Shown here: positions 24,515 through 37,879 of the stretch, one piece after another | Numbering within the stretch: the first letter of the stretch is position 1 | Layout of the letters: each line of letters begins with the position of its first letter | Assembly: GCF_009834535.1 (NCBI RefSeq) | Contig: NC_045697.1 | Coordinates: forward strand, 74,960,001 to 75,024,000 | Direction: 5' to 3' | Origin: Camelus ferus | Lineage: Eukaryota | DNA: 64,000 bases | Notes under the pieces: model-generated | What the model saw: only the letters and a program-made list of their open reading frames with translations | Database searches by the model: none | What the model was told of the DNA's origin: nothing | Program-made: the position numbers and the translations under genes

Positions 24515-26155
24515 AAAAATGCGTGGCAGCCTCACTCAGGGGTGGCCTTGAGAAACAGTAGTGATAAAAAATTTTCCCAAAAGGCAGAGTGTTGGGAAGT
24601 GCACCTGGTTAGAATATATGGGAATTATAGGCAGAGACAAATGGCCTAGCAGGAGCTTGTAAGGAAAAAGATTGAAAGGTTGCAGGCAGGTGGTCTGGAA
24701 GAGAAGCCTGTGAATTAACATAGGAATGGGCACAAAGTGGAAAGTTCTTTCATTCAGTAGTTCATATTTACCAGAGAGTGTTCAGTACAGATGAGGAACT
24801 AAGCATCCAAGCGGACAATATGACCCAACCAGTTTTAATGTTAGGCAGCCTCTATCATTGTTTGCTCTGTGCTGGCAGGATGGGCCAGTGACAGAAATGT
24901 AGGTCACACATGGGCTCAGTGTCATGGATTCCCACTTCCCAAAGCTCTTCTAGCCACTGTCACTGCAGAATGTTTCTAATCTGACAGCAATGAGACAAGT
25001 ACTGAGTTCCGAAATGGCATCAATTCTCAAGGAGATAAATTCTCTTCTTGTTGGCAAGCCAACTGTATTATTGGGCCCTCTCCACCCTGGAAGGCCAGTG
25101 GTTCATTCTCACAAGTATATACATATATTTCAGGTAGGGGTTTGGTTTTTCTGTCCACAGGGCCTTAGCCAGTACGACTCTCTGAAGATTTAAGTGTTTG
25201 GACCACTGGTGTAAGATCCCACATAGCATTGCATCAGAATAAGGGGCATATTTTCTATCAAAAATGGTGTGGGAATGGACTCATGACTATGAGAGCAACT
25301 GATCATATCACACATTGCACTACCTACAAGCTGATAGCCAGAGAGAGCATTAGAACTGTCTGCTGAAGACATAGCTGAAATGCCAGCTTTGGAGGTGATA
25401 CTCTGTGTGGATGACACAGTATATGCATTGAATCAAAGATCTTTTATGGCATTATGCTCCTAGTAGGAAAGGGAAACAAGGGTTGGAAGAAGGGCTGGAT
25501 CATTACTTCCAATAACCCACTGGGGAACTTTGTGATTCATATTCTTGCAACTATGGGCTCTGAGGGATTAAGAGGTCCTAGATTTCCAAAAGGGCGCACT
25601 TTTAGAAGGTGACACAGTAAAGGTACCATTAAATTTCAAACTACACATTTTGGGCTCCTTGTCTCCTAGGACCATTATGCAGGAAGGTGTCAACATCTTG
25701 GTACGGGTCATGGACTCTAATTATGAGGAAGAGATGGACCTGCTACTATGCAATGAGACAGGGAGGAATATGTGTGGAGCCTAGGTGATCCACATGGCTG
25801 CCTCTTGATACTCCCTTTCCCAGATGTTACTGAAAATGGATAGATACTGCACCCCCAGCCTGAGGAATGCATGGTGACTAGGGAACCAGGGTGCTCGAGC
25901 ATGAGGATTCGGGTTATGGCACCAGGTAAAGCACCAAGGCCAGAGAGGTGGAAGCTAAGTGTGAATGAAATCTAGACTGTATCACGGAGAGAGGTTATGA
26001 ATATCAATTATGGATCTGAGACAGCTGTAGAAGCAAAGACCCACCAGATGCTCTCTTCTAAGTTTTCTCTCTGGAAGAGAGGACCACTAAAATCTTGAAG
26101 GAGCTGCCCCCTCTATGTATATGGAGGATTATATCTGAATGGTGGAGGTATGAGC
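24515..26155 (+). mobile_element. ERVL-class internal region (decayed pol/integrase/dUTPase-like; ERV3-16A3-like)
   Basis: ttttcccaaaaggcagag...gtgcacctgg, cccacatagcattgcatcagaataagggg, acacagtatatgcattgaatcaaaga and ttttgggctccttgtc are characteristic ERVL pol remnants. No long ORF. Confidence 0.75.
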
Positions 26156-26510
26156 TGTGGTAGAGAAGGGCCTGCACCACCTAGTTCTTCCTCTAAGTAA
26201 AGTGTTGTTGACAAATGTGGGGAGTGAGGTTAGCAGACAGCCTGCAGGTGCCAGTGCCCCAGGGACTGACTCAGCTGCATAGCATTATTTCACTCAAGGT
26301 CATTCCCTTCCTGGAGCAGCTTACATCCAATGACAGATTGACGTGAATTTATACGGCTTTTCCCATTTTAGCTTGATGAAGGATAGTGCTAATGGACAAC
26401 AGTTGTTCCCTGACCCTCTATCCCAGAGTGATGGAGGCTTTGTTAGCCCTGCATCATAGTTCAACTTACCCTCTGCCCAATCTTAATTCTCCTCCATTTC
26501 TCTAGTAGAA
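26156..26510 (+). mobile_element. LTR16-like ERVL LTR
   Basis: tgactcagctgcatagc...ctcaaggtcattcccttcctggagcagcttacatccaatgac, directly after the internal region. Confidence 0.7.
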
Positions 26511-26539
26511 ATAGTAAACTTCCCTGGTACAAAATGGGG

Positions 26540-26935
26540 CTTAAAAGATGTAAAGAGACTTGATTGAGGAGAGTCTTGGTTTGTATTAAGGAATTTGGGC
26601 TTCATCTGAGGGTAATTGGCATCTGTTGGAGGGTTTTAAGCAGAAGCATGACATGATTAAATTTGCATTTTAAAAAGTCACTTTATCTGCAAAAGGGAGT
26701 ATGTAAGAAAGGGAACATTTTTAATGTCCTGGAGGTAGGGTCAATGGAACTACATGCAGGGAGACCAGCTATGATGCTGCTGCAGACATTTAAGCAATAG
26801 ATAAATTGACTTGGACTAATATTGTGACAATGGCCACAGACTTGTAATTTGTTTATTTATTTTTTTGGTTGGAGGGATGCCAGTGAAGGAGAGTCAAGGA
26901 AGACTCCTGGTACTTGGCTTGAGCAACCAGGAAGA
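26540..26935 (-). mobile_element. L2 LINE fragment
   Basis: taaggaatttgggcttcatctgagggtaattgg...ggagggttttaagcagaagcatgacatgattaaatttgcattttaaaaagtcact. Confidence 0.75.
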
Positions 26936-27587
26936 GATTTGATAAGATTCTTCTGTAAAGAAGATACAATTGAATGTCTATACCTGTAACCAAGAAGACA
27001 ATTTCTGGAAAGAAAGCCTTTATTACTAAGATGAATAACAGGGTTACAGTGTTTTGGCGTCAGAATTTTTGTTCTTCTGTGTTCCTGTTACTGACTTACC
27101 ACTATTGAATTGTAACTTACATGACAAGATTTACAGTAAAAATAATTTGCCCCAAAAGAAAGATCTGCTTCCCTTCCTAGAGCAGTTGAAAGATAGCAGA
27201 AATGACCATCATAAATGGCATCTGGGGCTCAGGTCATTTTCAGTCATTGCAGGGAGAAGTTTTTGTAGATGATCTTTTCCTTCCCATTTGCAGGGAAGGG
27301 AATAGGAGAGTCAGGAGATACCTTTTTCTGTAATCTTTCGTTTTCTCTCATCTCTTTCTTTGAAAAGAATTTAGAAAGACAAACAAATAAAAACCTGGTA
27401 GTTCAAGATCTAAGAGCCAAAAGCTTTGAAAAAGAATTCCCTGAAGGTTGTGAAGCTGTTGCAGTTTAGAGCATTATAGTCTGAGTGTTTTGGTCTTGAG
27501 ACTCCAACAGACCTGGGCTTAGTAATGCTTCTGCTCTTCCAAACAAACTGGCCTTTGGGAAATACATAACCAGTTTTGCAAGGTGTA

Positions 27588-27725
27588 AAAAGAGTTCAGG
27601 AGATGAATAGTTTTGATTGGTAACACACAATGTGAATGTACTTAATGCCACTGTACACTTAAAAATAGTTAAAATGGTAAATTTATATTATTAAAATTTC
27701 ACCATAATTAGAAATAATTTTAAAA
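27588..27725 (+). mobile_element. LINE-1 3' end (L1MB-like)
   Basis: acacaatgtgaatgtacttaatgccactgtacacttaaaaatagttaaaatggtaaattt. Confidence 0.8.
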
Positions 27726-27939
27726 AGATTTACATGTTTTCTTGATCCTACTCCAATTTTGTGTTGTCCATTTTTAAAAAAAATGTATAAAGTAAACAAG
27801 AATATATTCTGAGAGATTCAAATAACGCATAACTGTTAATCAAAACAGAAAATTCCTCCTTGACTTAAACTCAGCTTCTGCCTTCCCCAGGGTCACAGGT
27901 GATGTGTATTAAGAGCAAAACAATTTGCAACAGATTAAC

Positions 27940-28325
27940 CAGCCTTGGCGCCTCTTCTCTACGTCAATAGTCCTTGTGGCGCCTCTTGATGACGTCCTTA
28001 GTTTTTAATCCAAGCAGGCTGCGCGCGCAGCAGGAGGAGCTTGGAGAGAAGGGAGGCAGCCGCTGTGCCGGCGTCTGCATCAACCGGAGCTGCCGCGTGA
28101 AGAGGGTCCCAGCAAGAGTATGCAGAATGTGTAGGGTTTCCTTGTGCAGCAACTCCGATTTAGGAGACGGTTCACGCGCAGAAACCACCATTTTCCTTTT
28201 AAAAGCAGTTGCCACATTGTGGCTGAATCTGCACAGAGAGAGGCGGCCCGCCCGTTCAGCCCGCAGAACCCACCTGCGCCCTGGGGAGGATGCGTCGCTT
28301 GGAGTGTCGGCCAGCTGCTGCTAAT
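27940..28325. promoter_or_regulatory. Non-repetitive CpG-rich promoter/enhancer-like patch
   Basis: Local GC and CpG enrichment in an otherwise CpG-depleted window; two CRE-like sites (tacgtca 27960-27966, tgacgtc 27990-27996), two tggcgcc motifs and gcgcgcgc. No repeat family recognised. Confidence 0.5.
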
Positions 28326-28329
28326 ATGA

Positions 28330-28535
28330 CTTGACTACTCGAGGTACCTAATTTAAGTGAAATCATGTAGCGTCTGTATTTTTGTGACTGGTTTATTCCA
28401 CTTAGCGTGTCCTCAGTCTGTACGTCATGTTTTCCAGGTTCATCCATGTTATAGCATGTCAGAACTTCCTTCCTTTTCAAGGCTTAATAATACTTCTTAG
28501 CCTGTGTGTGTGTGATCATATTTTATTTATGCAGT
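28330..28535 (-). mobile_element. LINE-1 3' fragment (L1MB-like)
   Basis: aagtgaaatcatgtag...tttgtgactggtttattccacttagc...ggttcatccatgttatagcatgtcagaacttccttccttttcaaggct. Confidence 0.8.
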
Positions 28536-30070
28536 CTGTAAATCTTTTAAAAGTGATATTTCAATTGGCTATAATATGTAATAAAAATATGGATACGGGA
28601 TGACATTATCATGAAGTTTAAAGAAGACTGAAAATGAGAAAAGAATTTAAGAAGAATTTGTAAAGTTACTGTTATTTCATTGATGGTAGACTAGTCTTTT
28701 CTAGAGTAGAAAAAAGTCCTCCCCTTTTTTAGTCAGTAGTAATATGAATCAAGAAAGAACTAGAAAACTAAATTCTTGCTCCTATAGATCAGAGAATGAA
28801 TACTCTTAAGTAAGACCAGACAGGTATGGCATAATTTCACTATTTCTGAGTCTCATGTCAAACATTTCGTCACGTTTAAATTTCTTAGTGCCCTTCTATT
28901 TAAACTCCTGAAGGAACCAATTAAATGGACTTTTAGGATATTTTACAAGAGAGTAATTAGGAAGACAGGGCTTTAAACTTTGCCTAATTTACCCTGTATC
29001 CGGAGGCATAACTAAAACTTTATTACATAAAAGAATGGAGGAAATTGAAAACAGAGGATTGCAGGATGTTAACAAAACATCATTCCTGTACACACAATAT
29101 TTATATTGCCAAATGCCGGTAGAAATTCCTTTTGCATTTTATTTTTGCCTAATTACTTGTGTCAGGATTTCTGAAACAATTAGAAGTCAAGAAGGAAAGA
29201 AAACTTTCCCAGTGTTCTTTGCTTTGTTAAATACTTGTAGGCTAGGTATCTATGGTCCACAAGTTTCCAAAAGATATGCTCCAGGTATTCTTCAAAAATA
29301 ATTAAAATCTTTTGTTTTCTTTTTGTTTTAATATGAAGCATGCATAATAACTTACTTCCACCAACCAGGATAATATATAATTTCAGACAAGAACTGTAAC
29401 AGCTTTACCGAGGTTACTGCCAGAGTTCGGGAAGACCCATGTCTTTATTCTCTGTGGCATATGCCACCTCTCTTTTTCCTTTGCCCTATTTACCTTCTTT
29501 TTCTGTTTTCTCATTCAGCCTTGTAATTATATATTTTTAGGCTGTGATCTTCATTGGCAATAGTAGAGTAATCTTTCACTTATTTCAACTTATCATTGTA
29601 TCATTAATAATTGTAGCTTTTTCCACTCTCAGAGAGGGGCTCTGAGAACAGACAGAAAAAAGTGCTTGCAAAAGGAGAATGGCAGCATGGCAAAATGTGA
29701 GGAAAACAGTAAAGATATTGTATAGAAAATTTTATGACCAAAAGTTTTCTGGTTAAAAATCTTTTTTTCATAATTATTCTTTGTTATGTCTTTATTTTGG
29801 CTTAGAAAGGAATGACTGATAAGTGAAAAATATGGACACATATACAAAAAATGTATAAAAAATAGTGTTGCAATATGCATATCCATTATTATTTAAGGAA
29901 AATAACCCCAGTGGAACATGTTTCTCAAATTTCAATACTGAGCTGAAGAACAGAGATATTCAATAAATGTATGTTAAATGATTTGTAAGTTAGAGATGAT
30001 CTCTTTATAATTATACTTAATAGCTCTATATGAACCAGTAAGATTAGCAATGTATAGAATGTGTTCTGAA

Positions 30071-30227
30071 TCTTAAAAGTTCTCATCACAAGAAAAAGGA
30101 ATTTGTCACTTACGTAATGACGGATGTTAACTAGACTTGTGATCATTTTTCAATATATACAAATACCAAATCATGCTGCACACCTGAAACTAATATGATG
30201 TTATCTGTCAATTGTACTTCAATTAGA
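30071..30227 (+). mobile_element. 5'-truncated LINE-1 3' end with TSD
   Basis: tcttaaaagttctcatcacaagaaaaa...cacacctgaaactaatatgatgttatctgtcaattgtacttcaatt. TSD agaatgtgttctgaa (30056-30070) / aaagtatgttctgaa (30228-30242). Confidence 0.85.
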
Positions 30228-30850
30228 AAAGTATGTTCTGAACTCTTCATGAACGAGTTTGAGGAGTTTTTCACATTTCCCTAAAGTACATCGGGATGTA
30301 CACCACATTTTTTCACCAAATCTAGGGAATTGGCAGTTCTCCTTGGTTCCACCTTAGTCTCAGCATTGCAGCTGCCTCATGTCCATCAGTCACATTTCTT
30401 AAATCTATATTCCAAATTGTTCACAAGACAGCCTACTCCCCTCTCTCCTTACTCTTCCTTATTTTAGGTCCTAATTATCTCTTGGCTGAGTTACTATATC
30501 ATCTTCTAAACTCAACTTTTTGCCTGTATTTTATCCTATTCTTAGCTTTCAAAGAGAAAATATGGCCATGCTATTGTACTGATAAAAGCCTTTCAAAGGC
30601 TCCCTGTTTTTCTGATTGCACAATCCTATTTATCAGAGTGATAAAAGATAACTTCCAAATGGAAAAATGAGGGGATACAGATTCAGTGTAAAATATTTCT
30701 AAATGGTTCACCATTCTCATCAGGTAATATTGCAAAGCAAACTAAATTCAGAACAAGATTAACCACTAATAATGGTGGTTACAAGTCCATGTTTAAAATA
30801 ACCTTATTATTTTTAATTTATTTTGCTTGACTTCATATCAGATCATTTTT

Positions 30851-33800
30851 ATAATGAATATATTTGACATTCAACATTGTGTAAATTTAAAGTGTACAGT
30901 GTGTTACTTCGATACATTTATATATTGTAATATGATTGCTGTTGTGGTGGTTATCTCATTACATAATTATACTACAACATTGTTGTCTACATTCATTATA
31001 CTATGAATTAAGTCTCTATGACTTACTTACTACTCATTGCAAGTTTTTACCCTTTAACAACATCAGTCTTACATCCCCAATCCCCTAGTAACCACCAGTT
31101 TGCTCTCTATTTTTTATGAATTTGACTTTTTTAGATTGAACATCTAAGTGATGTTATATAGCACTTGTCTTTCTCTAACTTATCTCATTTAGCATAATAT
31201 GCTCAAGGTCCATCCATGTTGTCACAGATGGCAGGATATCCTTCTTTCTCACACATGAATAATACTCCATTGTGTATATATACCACATCTTTTTGTATCC
31301 ATTCATATATTAATGGCATTTAGGTTGTTTCCATCTCTTGGCTATTGTGAATAATATTTCAGTAAAAAATGAGAGTGCATATAGCTCTTCAAAATTCTGT
31401 TTTCATTTCCTCTGGGCATATACCCAGAAGTGTAATTGCTGGATCATATGGTAGGTGTATTTTTAAATTTTTGAGGAACCTCCATATTGTCTTCCACAGT
31501 GGTTTGAACAATTTACATTCCCACCAACAGTTATAAGGGTTCCCTTTTCACCACAGTCAGGCCAGTACCTGCTGTCTCTTCTTGATGCTAACCATTCCAA
31601 CAGGTGTGAGGTGATACCTCATTGTGGTTTTGATTTGCATTCCCATAATGATTAGTGATGTTGAGCATCTTTTTATGTGCTTGTTGTCCATTTTGATATC
31701 CTCTTTAGAAAATATCTGTTTAGTTCTTTTGCTCACTTTTAGTTGGATGTTTGTTTTTATTTGTTATTAACTTGTATAAGTTCTTTATATAGTTTAGATA
31801 TTAACCCTTTATCTGATTTATAGTTCGCATAAATTTTCTACCATTCTGTAGGTTGTCTTTTCATTTTGTTAATTGTTTCTTTCACTATGTGAAGCTTTTG
31901 AGTTTGATGTACTCCCATTTGTTGATTCTTGCTTTTGTTGTTGGTGGTTTTGGCATCATGTCGAAAAAATCATTGGCAAGATCAATGTAAAGGAGATTCT
32001 TCCCTATATTTTCTTCTAGGAGTTTTGTGGCATCAGTTTTATGTCTAAGTATTTGATCCATTTCAAGTCGACAAGTGTGAGTAGTGTGAGATACGGATTT
32101 ATTTATTTATTGTTCTGCATGCATTTCTCCAGTTTCCCCAGCATTATTTGTTAGGAGACTATGCTTCCTCATTGAATGTTCTTGGCTTCCTTGTTGAATA
32201 TTTGTTGGTTGTATATGTCTGGGTTTAATTGTGGGCTCTCTGTTCTGTTCCATTGGTTTATGTGTCTGTTTTTGTGCCAGTGCCATAAAATTCTTATTAC
32301 TGTGGCTTTGTTGTATAGTTTGAAATCAGGAAGCATGGTACCTCCAGCTTTGTTCTTTTTTTCTCAGCATTGCTTTGGCTGTTTGAGGTCTTTTGTGGTT
32401 CCACATAAATCTGAGGATTCTTTCTTCTATTTCTGTGAAAAATTACTGATATTTTGATGAAAATTGTATTGGATCTGTAGATGGCTTTGAGCAGTATGGA
32501 CATTTTAAGAATATTTGTTCTTCTGATCCATAAACATAAGATTTTAAAAATTTGTGTCTTGTTTTGATTTCTTTCAGCAAAGTTTTATAGCTTTAATTGT
32601 ACAGATCTTTCACTTCCTTGGTTAAATTTAATTCTAAGTATTTTATTGTTTTATGATACTGTTGTGAATGGAATAGTTTTACTTCTTTTTCAGATATTTC
32701 ATTATTAGTATAAAAGAATGCAACTGATTTCTGTATGTTGCTTTTGTACCCTGCAACTTTACTAAAACTGTTGATTAATTCTAACAGGTTTTTTGTTGAC
32801 TCTTTGGCATTTTCTATATATAAATTCATATCATCAGCAAAAAAGCAGTAGTTTTGTTTCTTCCTTTTAAATTTAGATGCCTTTTATTTCTTTGTCTTGT
32901 CTAATTGCTCTGGCTAGGGCTTGTATTGAGTAAGAGTGGTGAGAATGGGCATCCTTGTCTTGCTCTTGATCTTAGAGGAAAAGCTTTCAATTTTTCTCCA
33001 TTGAGTATAATGTTAGCTATGGGTTTGTCAAATATGACTTCTATTTTTTGAGGTATGTTCCTTCTGTACCCAATCTGTTAAGGGTTTTTATCATGAAAGT
33101 GTATTGTATTTTATCAAATGCTTATTTTGTGTTTATTGTAATGTTCATGTGATTTTTAAATTTTATTGATGTGATACATTGCATTAATTGACTGTATGTT
33201 GAACCATCATTGCATTCAAGGGATGAATCCCACTGATCATGGTACATTATCCTTTTGCTGTGTTCTTGAATTCAGTTTGCTAATATTTCATTGAGAATTT
33301 TTACATCTATGTTCCTCCAAGATATTGATCTATAGCTTTTTCTTCTTGTGGTATACCCTTATCTGGTTTTGGTGTCAAGGTAATGCTAGCTTCATAGAAT
33401 GAACTTGGAAGTATTCTTTCTCCCTTGATATTTTGGAAGTGTTTGAGGAGGATTGGTGCCAATTCTTTAAATGTTTGGTAGAATTCACCAGTGAAACTGT
33501 CTGATACTGGAGCTTTTCCATGTTTTATTATTGATTCAATTTCTTTGCTTATTATTGGTCTGTTTAGATTTTCTGTTTCTTCCTTTCAGTCTTGTTAGGT
33601 TGTGTGTTTCTAGAAATGTATCCATTTCTTTTGGGTTATGTAATTGTTCATAGCAGTCTCTTATGAGCCTTTGTATTTATGAGTAGTATTAGTTGTAATG
33701 GTCCCTCTTCAATTTCTAATTTTATTTGAGTCTTCTCTCCTTTTTCTTACTTAATATAGGTAAAAGTTGTCAATTTTGTTTATCTTTTCAAAAAACCAGC

Positions 33801-36800
33801 TCTTAGTTTTTCAGATCATTTCTATTGTTTTTCTGGTTTCTTTCATTTATTTCCACTCTGCTCCTTATTATTTCCTTCCTTCTGCTCACTTTGGGCCTAA
33901 TTTGATCTTCTTTGTCTAGGTCCTTAAGGTAAAGTTAAGTATTTTATTTGAGATCTTTCTAATTTCTTAATATATGCATTTATTGCTGTAAACTTTCTTC
34001 TCAAGACTGCTTTTTCTGCATCCTACAAGATTTGATATGTTGTATTTCTGTTTTCATTTGTTTTGAGATAATTTTTAATTTCACTTTTGATTTCTTCTTT
34101 GACAAGTTGGTTGTTTAGAAGTATGTTGTTCAGTTTCTATATACTTGTACATCATATCATTTTCCTGTTTTTGATTCCTAGTTTCATACCTTTGTAGTCA
34201 TAAGAGATAGTTGCTATCATTTCAATCTTCTTAAATTTGTTCAGAATTATTTTGTGTCCTGTTATATGACCTATCCTGGAGAATGTTCCATATGTACCTG
34301 AGCAGAATGTGTATTGTGCTACTGTTGGACGAAATGTTCTTTATATGTCTGCTAAATTCATTTGTTTTAAAGTATGGTTCAACTCCAATGTTAATTGTTG
34401 ATTTTCTGTCTGGACAGTCTATCCTTTTGATAGTGGGGTACTCAAATCTCCTACTATAAGTATATTGTCTATTTCTTCCATAGGATCTGTTAGTATTTGC
34501 CTAATTTTTTTGGTACTCAGTGTTGGGAGCAAATATATTTATAATTGTTGTATCTTCTTGATGTATTGACCCCTTTTTTAAATTATATAATAACCTTATT
34601 TGTCTCTTGCTACTATTTTTGGCTTGAAGTCTATTATGTCTGATAAAAGTATAGCTGTGCCCACTTTCTTTTGGTTTCTTCTTGCTTGGAATGTCATCTT
34701 CAGTCCTTCACTTAAGTCTGTATGTGTCTTTAGAGCTTAAGTGAGTCTCCTATGGGTAACATATAGCTGAGTCTTGTTTTTTAGCATCCAGCTACTCTGG
34801 GTTTTTTCCTTTTGTATTACAATTTTTTTTTCATTTTTCAGTTTTATTAGGTAAAATTGATACAATTTGACTGCACATATATGATATATTGAATGTAAAT
34901 ACATAGATACAATATACTGCACAAATTTTTAAAATTTACATATATGTATTGTTTATTGTTTCTAAGAAGTTTAGAGCTTTAGCTTTTTAAACTTACATAA
35001 TTATGTTCTCACCAACAGTGTAGGAGGGTGCCTTTTTCTCCACACCCCTTCCAGCATTTATCATTTGTAGGCTTTTTAATGAGTGTTTTTTAAACACTGT
35101 ATTTTGATTAGTGAGTTCAATCCATTTTTACATTTACGGTGGTTATTGATATGTAAGAACACACTATTGCCACTTTATCTTTTGTCTTCTGGTTATTTTG
35201 TATCTCCATTGTTTCTTTTTCTTACTCTTTCTGTCTACCTTTGTAAATTGGTGGTTTTCCATAGTAATTTGTGCACTCTTTTGTGTGTGTTTTGTGTCTG
35301 CTCTAGATTTTTGCTTTGTGGTTACCATAAGGTTTACATAAAACATCTCATAAATAATAAGAGTCTTTTTCTGCTTATAGCAGTATCTTTATTTGCTTAT
35401 AAAGGTTCCATTCTTTTATTGCTCCCTTTCTGTTTTGATGTCACAAATTGTATCTTTTTAAACTTTGAATTTCTTTCAATTCTTACCAAATTGTAGTAAC
35501 TAGTTATTTTTAATACTCTCTTCCTTTAACATTTATGCTATAATTGTTTACAGACTATTCTAAAATAGAGTTACAGTTTTCTAATTCTGACTGCCTATTT
35601 ATCACCTTAGTCAGAGCTTTGTGTACTTTTGTCTTCATTTCAGCTTGAAGAGCTCCTGCATACATTTCTTAAAAGGCAGGTCTAGTGGTTGTGAACTCCT
35701 TTAGCTTCTGTTTGTCTGGGAAAGCCTTTATTTTCTCTTAGTACCTGAAGGGTAACGTTGTCAGATAGAGTATTCTTGGGTGGCAACTTTTATGTTTCGA
35801 TAATTTGAATATGTCAGTCCACTCTTTCTTGGCCTTTAGATTTTCTACTGAGAAATCTGATGATGACCTAGTGGAGTTTCCTTTGTGAGTTACTTTGTTT
35901 TATTCACTGACTGTCTTTAAAATTCTTTATCATTGACTTTGACAGTTTCATTATAATGTATCTTGGAGGTCTTTTTGCATTGGGACAATAAGGTGTTCTG
36001 TTAGCTTTGTGATTTGCCTATCCAGTTCTTCCCCAGGTTTTGGAAGTTCTCAGCTATTGTTTTATATAATAAACTCTCTGTCCCCTTCTTCCTCTCTTCT
36101 CCTTCTAGTGAACCCATTATTCATATGTTGACTTTTCTAATGGAGTTGATACAACTCTCATAGAGTTTCTTTACGTTTTAAAATTCTTAGTTCTCTCTTC
36201 TCTTCCATTTGAGTCATTTTTAAATTCCTAACTTTCAGGTCATTTATTCTCTCTTCCATCTGATCTGCTCTATTTTCATTGCTTTCTAATGCATTCTTCA
36301 TCTCATTTATTGAATTCTTCAGCTCCAGAATTTCTGTTTGGTTCTTTTTTTGACTTTACATTTCTTTGGTAAAGTGCTCCTTCTGTTTATTAATTTTATT
36401 TTTGTTCCTGAGTTCACTGAATTGCCTTTTTGAGTTTTCTTATATGTTTCTTGTTGAATTTCTTCCTAATAACTATTTTAAATTAGCTATCAGATTGCAG
36501 TATTCTGTGTCCTAGTTCAGTTGCTGGAGAAATGTCATTTTGCTTTTGTGATACCATATTATAATGATTTTTCATAGTGTTTAATGAAATATGCCTCTGA
36601 TGCTACATTTGAGTTAGCAGACAACTTTTTTATTTAGGTAAGGCTTTGTTTACTTTGATTCTAACAATTCAGCAGGTTGGCAGTTAGAAGTGTTTCTTCT
36701 GTTTTCCAGAAGGTGGCACTATAGCACATGTTTTTGGTTTCTGATACTGGCACTGACTTGAAGCTAAAGTTGGGGGTGCTCCGATTTAAAAAGAAAAAAA

Positions 36801-37347
36801 AGAAGCTGGTGTTAAAAAAAATAGCTGATGGCAAGAGTTGGGGGAGGTGTGTTCTTAGTGCCTGGGCTCTTGCCCAGTAGAGGGTAGATCCAGAGGGAGT
36901 GGGGGAGTCCAAGAGGTTTGTGGGCAGATCTTTTGCTGAACTCTGGGATAGATAGCATGAAACATATTTCTTCAGTTCTCTCTCTGCCTTCTTCTCTTTA
37001 ATTTCCTGCCCCCTAATCATGAAAACCTCTCTTCAGAAATCTGGTTGGTGAAGAGCAATGAGACCCTCCATCTGCAGCCTCCTCGGCCAGGCTGATTTTC
37101 ACATTCTGCCACCTCTCCTAGAGAGTTTGCCACTGCCACTGGCGTTGGTGTCACTGCCACCACTAACCCCACTGCTACTTCTGCTGCAACCCCCTTGACT
37201 CTGTATCCTCTACCGTGGACTAATTCCACCCACTTTTGGATAAATATTCTGGTGTGCTGTGCAAGAAACTTTGGTGATTAATGTCCAATTAGTAGTAAGT
37301 CAAAAGGGGGAAAAAAAGGAACCACTCACACTGTCATGATGCTGACC
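30851..37347 (-). mobile_element. Apparently full-length, decayed LINE-1 (~6.5 kb including a nested insert)
   Basis: 3'UTR at ~30.85-31.2 kb. ORF2 remnants ([42 protein letters not shown] at 32593-32829; MSILLKAIYRSNTIFIKIS at 32297-32503). ORF1-like region ~35.6-36.6 kb. 5' end ggtcagcatcatgacagtgtgag. Candidate TSD cagatcatttt (30839-30849) / cagatcttctt (37348-37358). Confidence 0.9.
34800..35090 (-). mobile_element. Nested composite L1 fragment inside the large L1
   Basis: A T tail plus L1 3'-terminal-like sequence, joined to an ORF2-end piece (caccaacagtgtaggagggtgcctttttctccacaccccttccagcattta), interrupts the host's endonuclease region. Confidence 0.65.
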
Positions 37348-37879
37348 CAGATCTTCTTAAATCATCATTTTTAACCTTATAACATGGCCGATGAAATGTC
37401 AGCTCTACCATGGTTTCATTGCTATATTTGCATTATTAGCATTATATTTAAAGTGTTTCTTTTTAAACCATTGATCTGTGTTGTGTTAATTTCATTCAAA
37501 ATATAGTTTATGTTGATAAACTTAGAAATTTAATTCATAATACAGTTAATTCAGCACAGCAACAGTACATTATTTTGAAATACTCAAAAAGCATACACAT
37601 AGACTTCTCTGAGAACTTTCTTCCTGTATACCTTGTATTCCATAGGAAATACTCTGATTACCTCACATAGTATGGGTTAGGGATCTATTGGTCCATATTT
37701 ATTATAATTAAATCCGAACTTCTTTCCCATTTTAAAATAAAATAAATAAAAATATAATTTGTAATAAATTCTTTATACATATGACAAGGAGAGTCATCTT
37801 TCACACCCAATTTTAGAGATGTGTCGTATAAAATAAAATTTAAACTCCTTAATGTAGTTCTTACTTATGATTAGTGTTT

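Noticed and set aside
27964..28329. ORFs of 61-116 aa over the CpG patch
   Set aside because: No recognisable homology; explained by local GC content.
32176..35496. Hydrophobic, membrane-protein-like plus-strand ORFs (also 37975-38292, 49126-50045, 50859-51083)
   Set aside because: They are antisense translations of T-rich L1 sequence.
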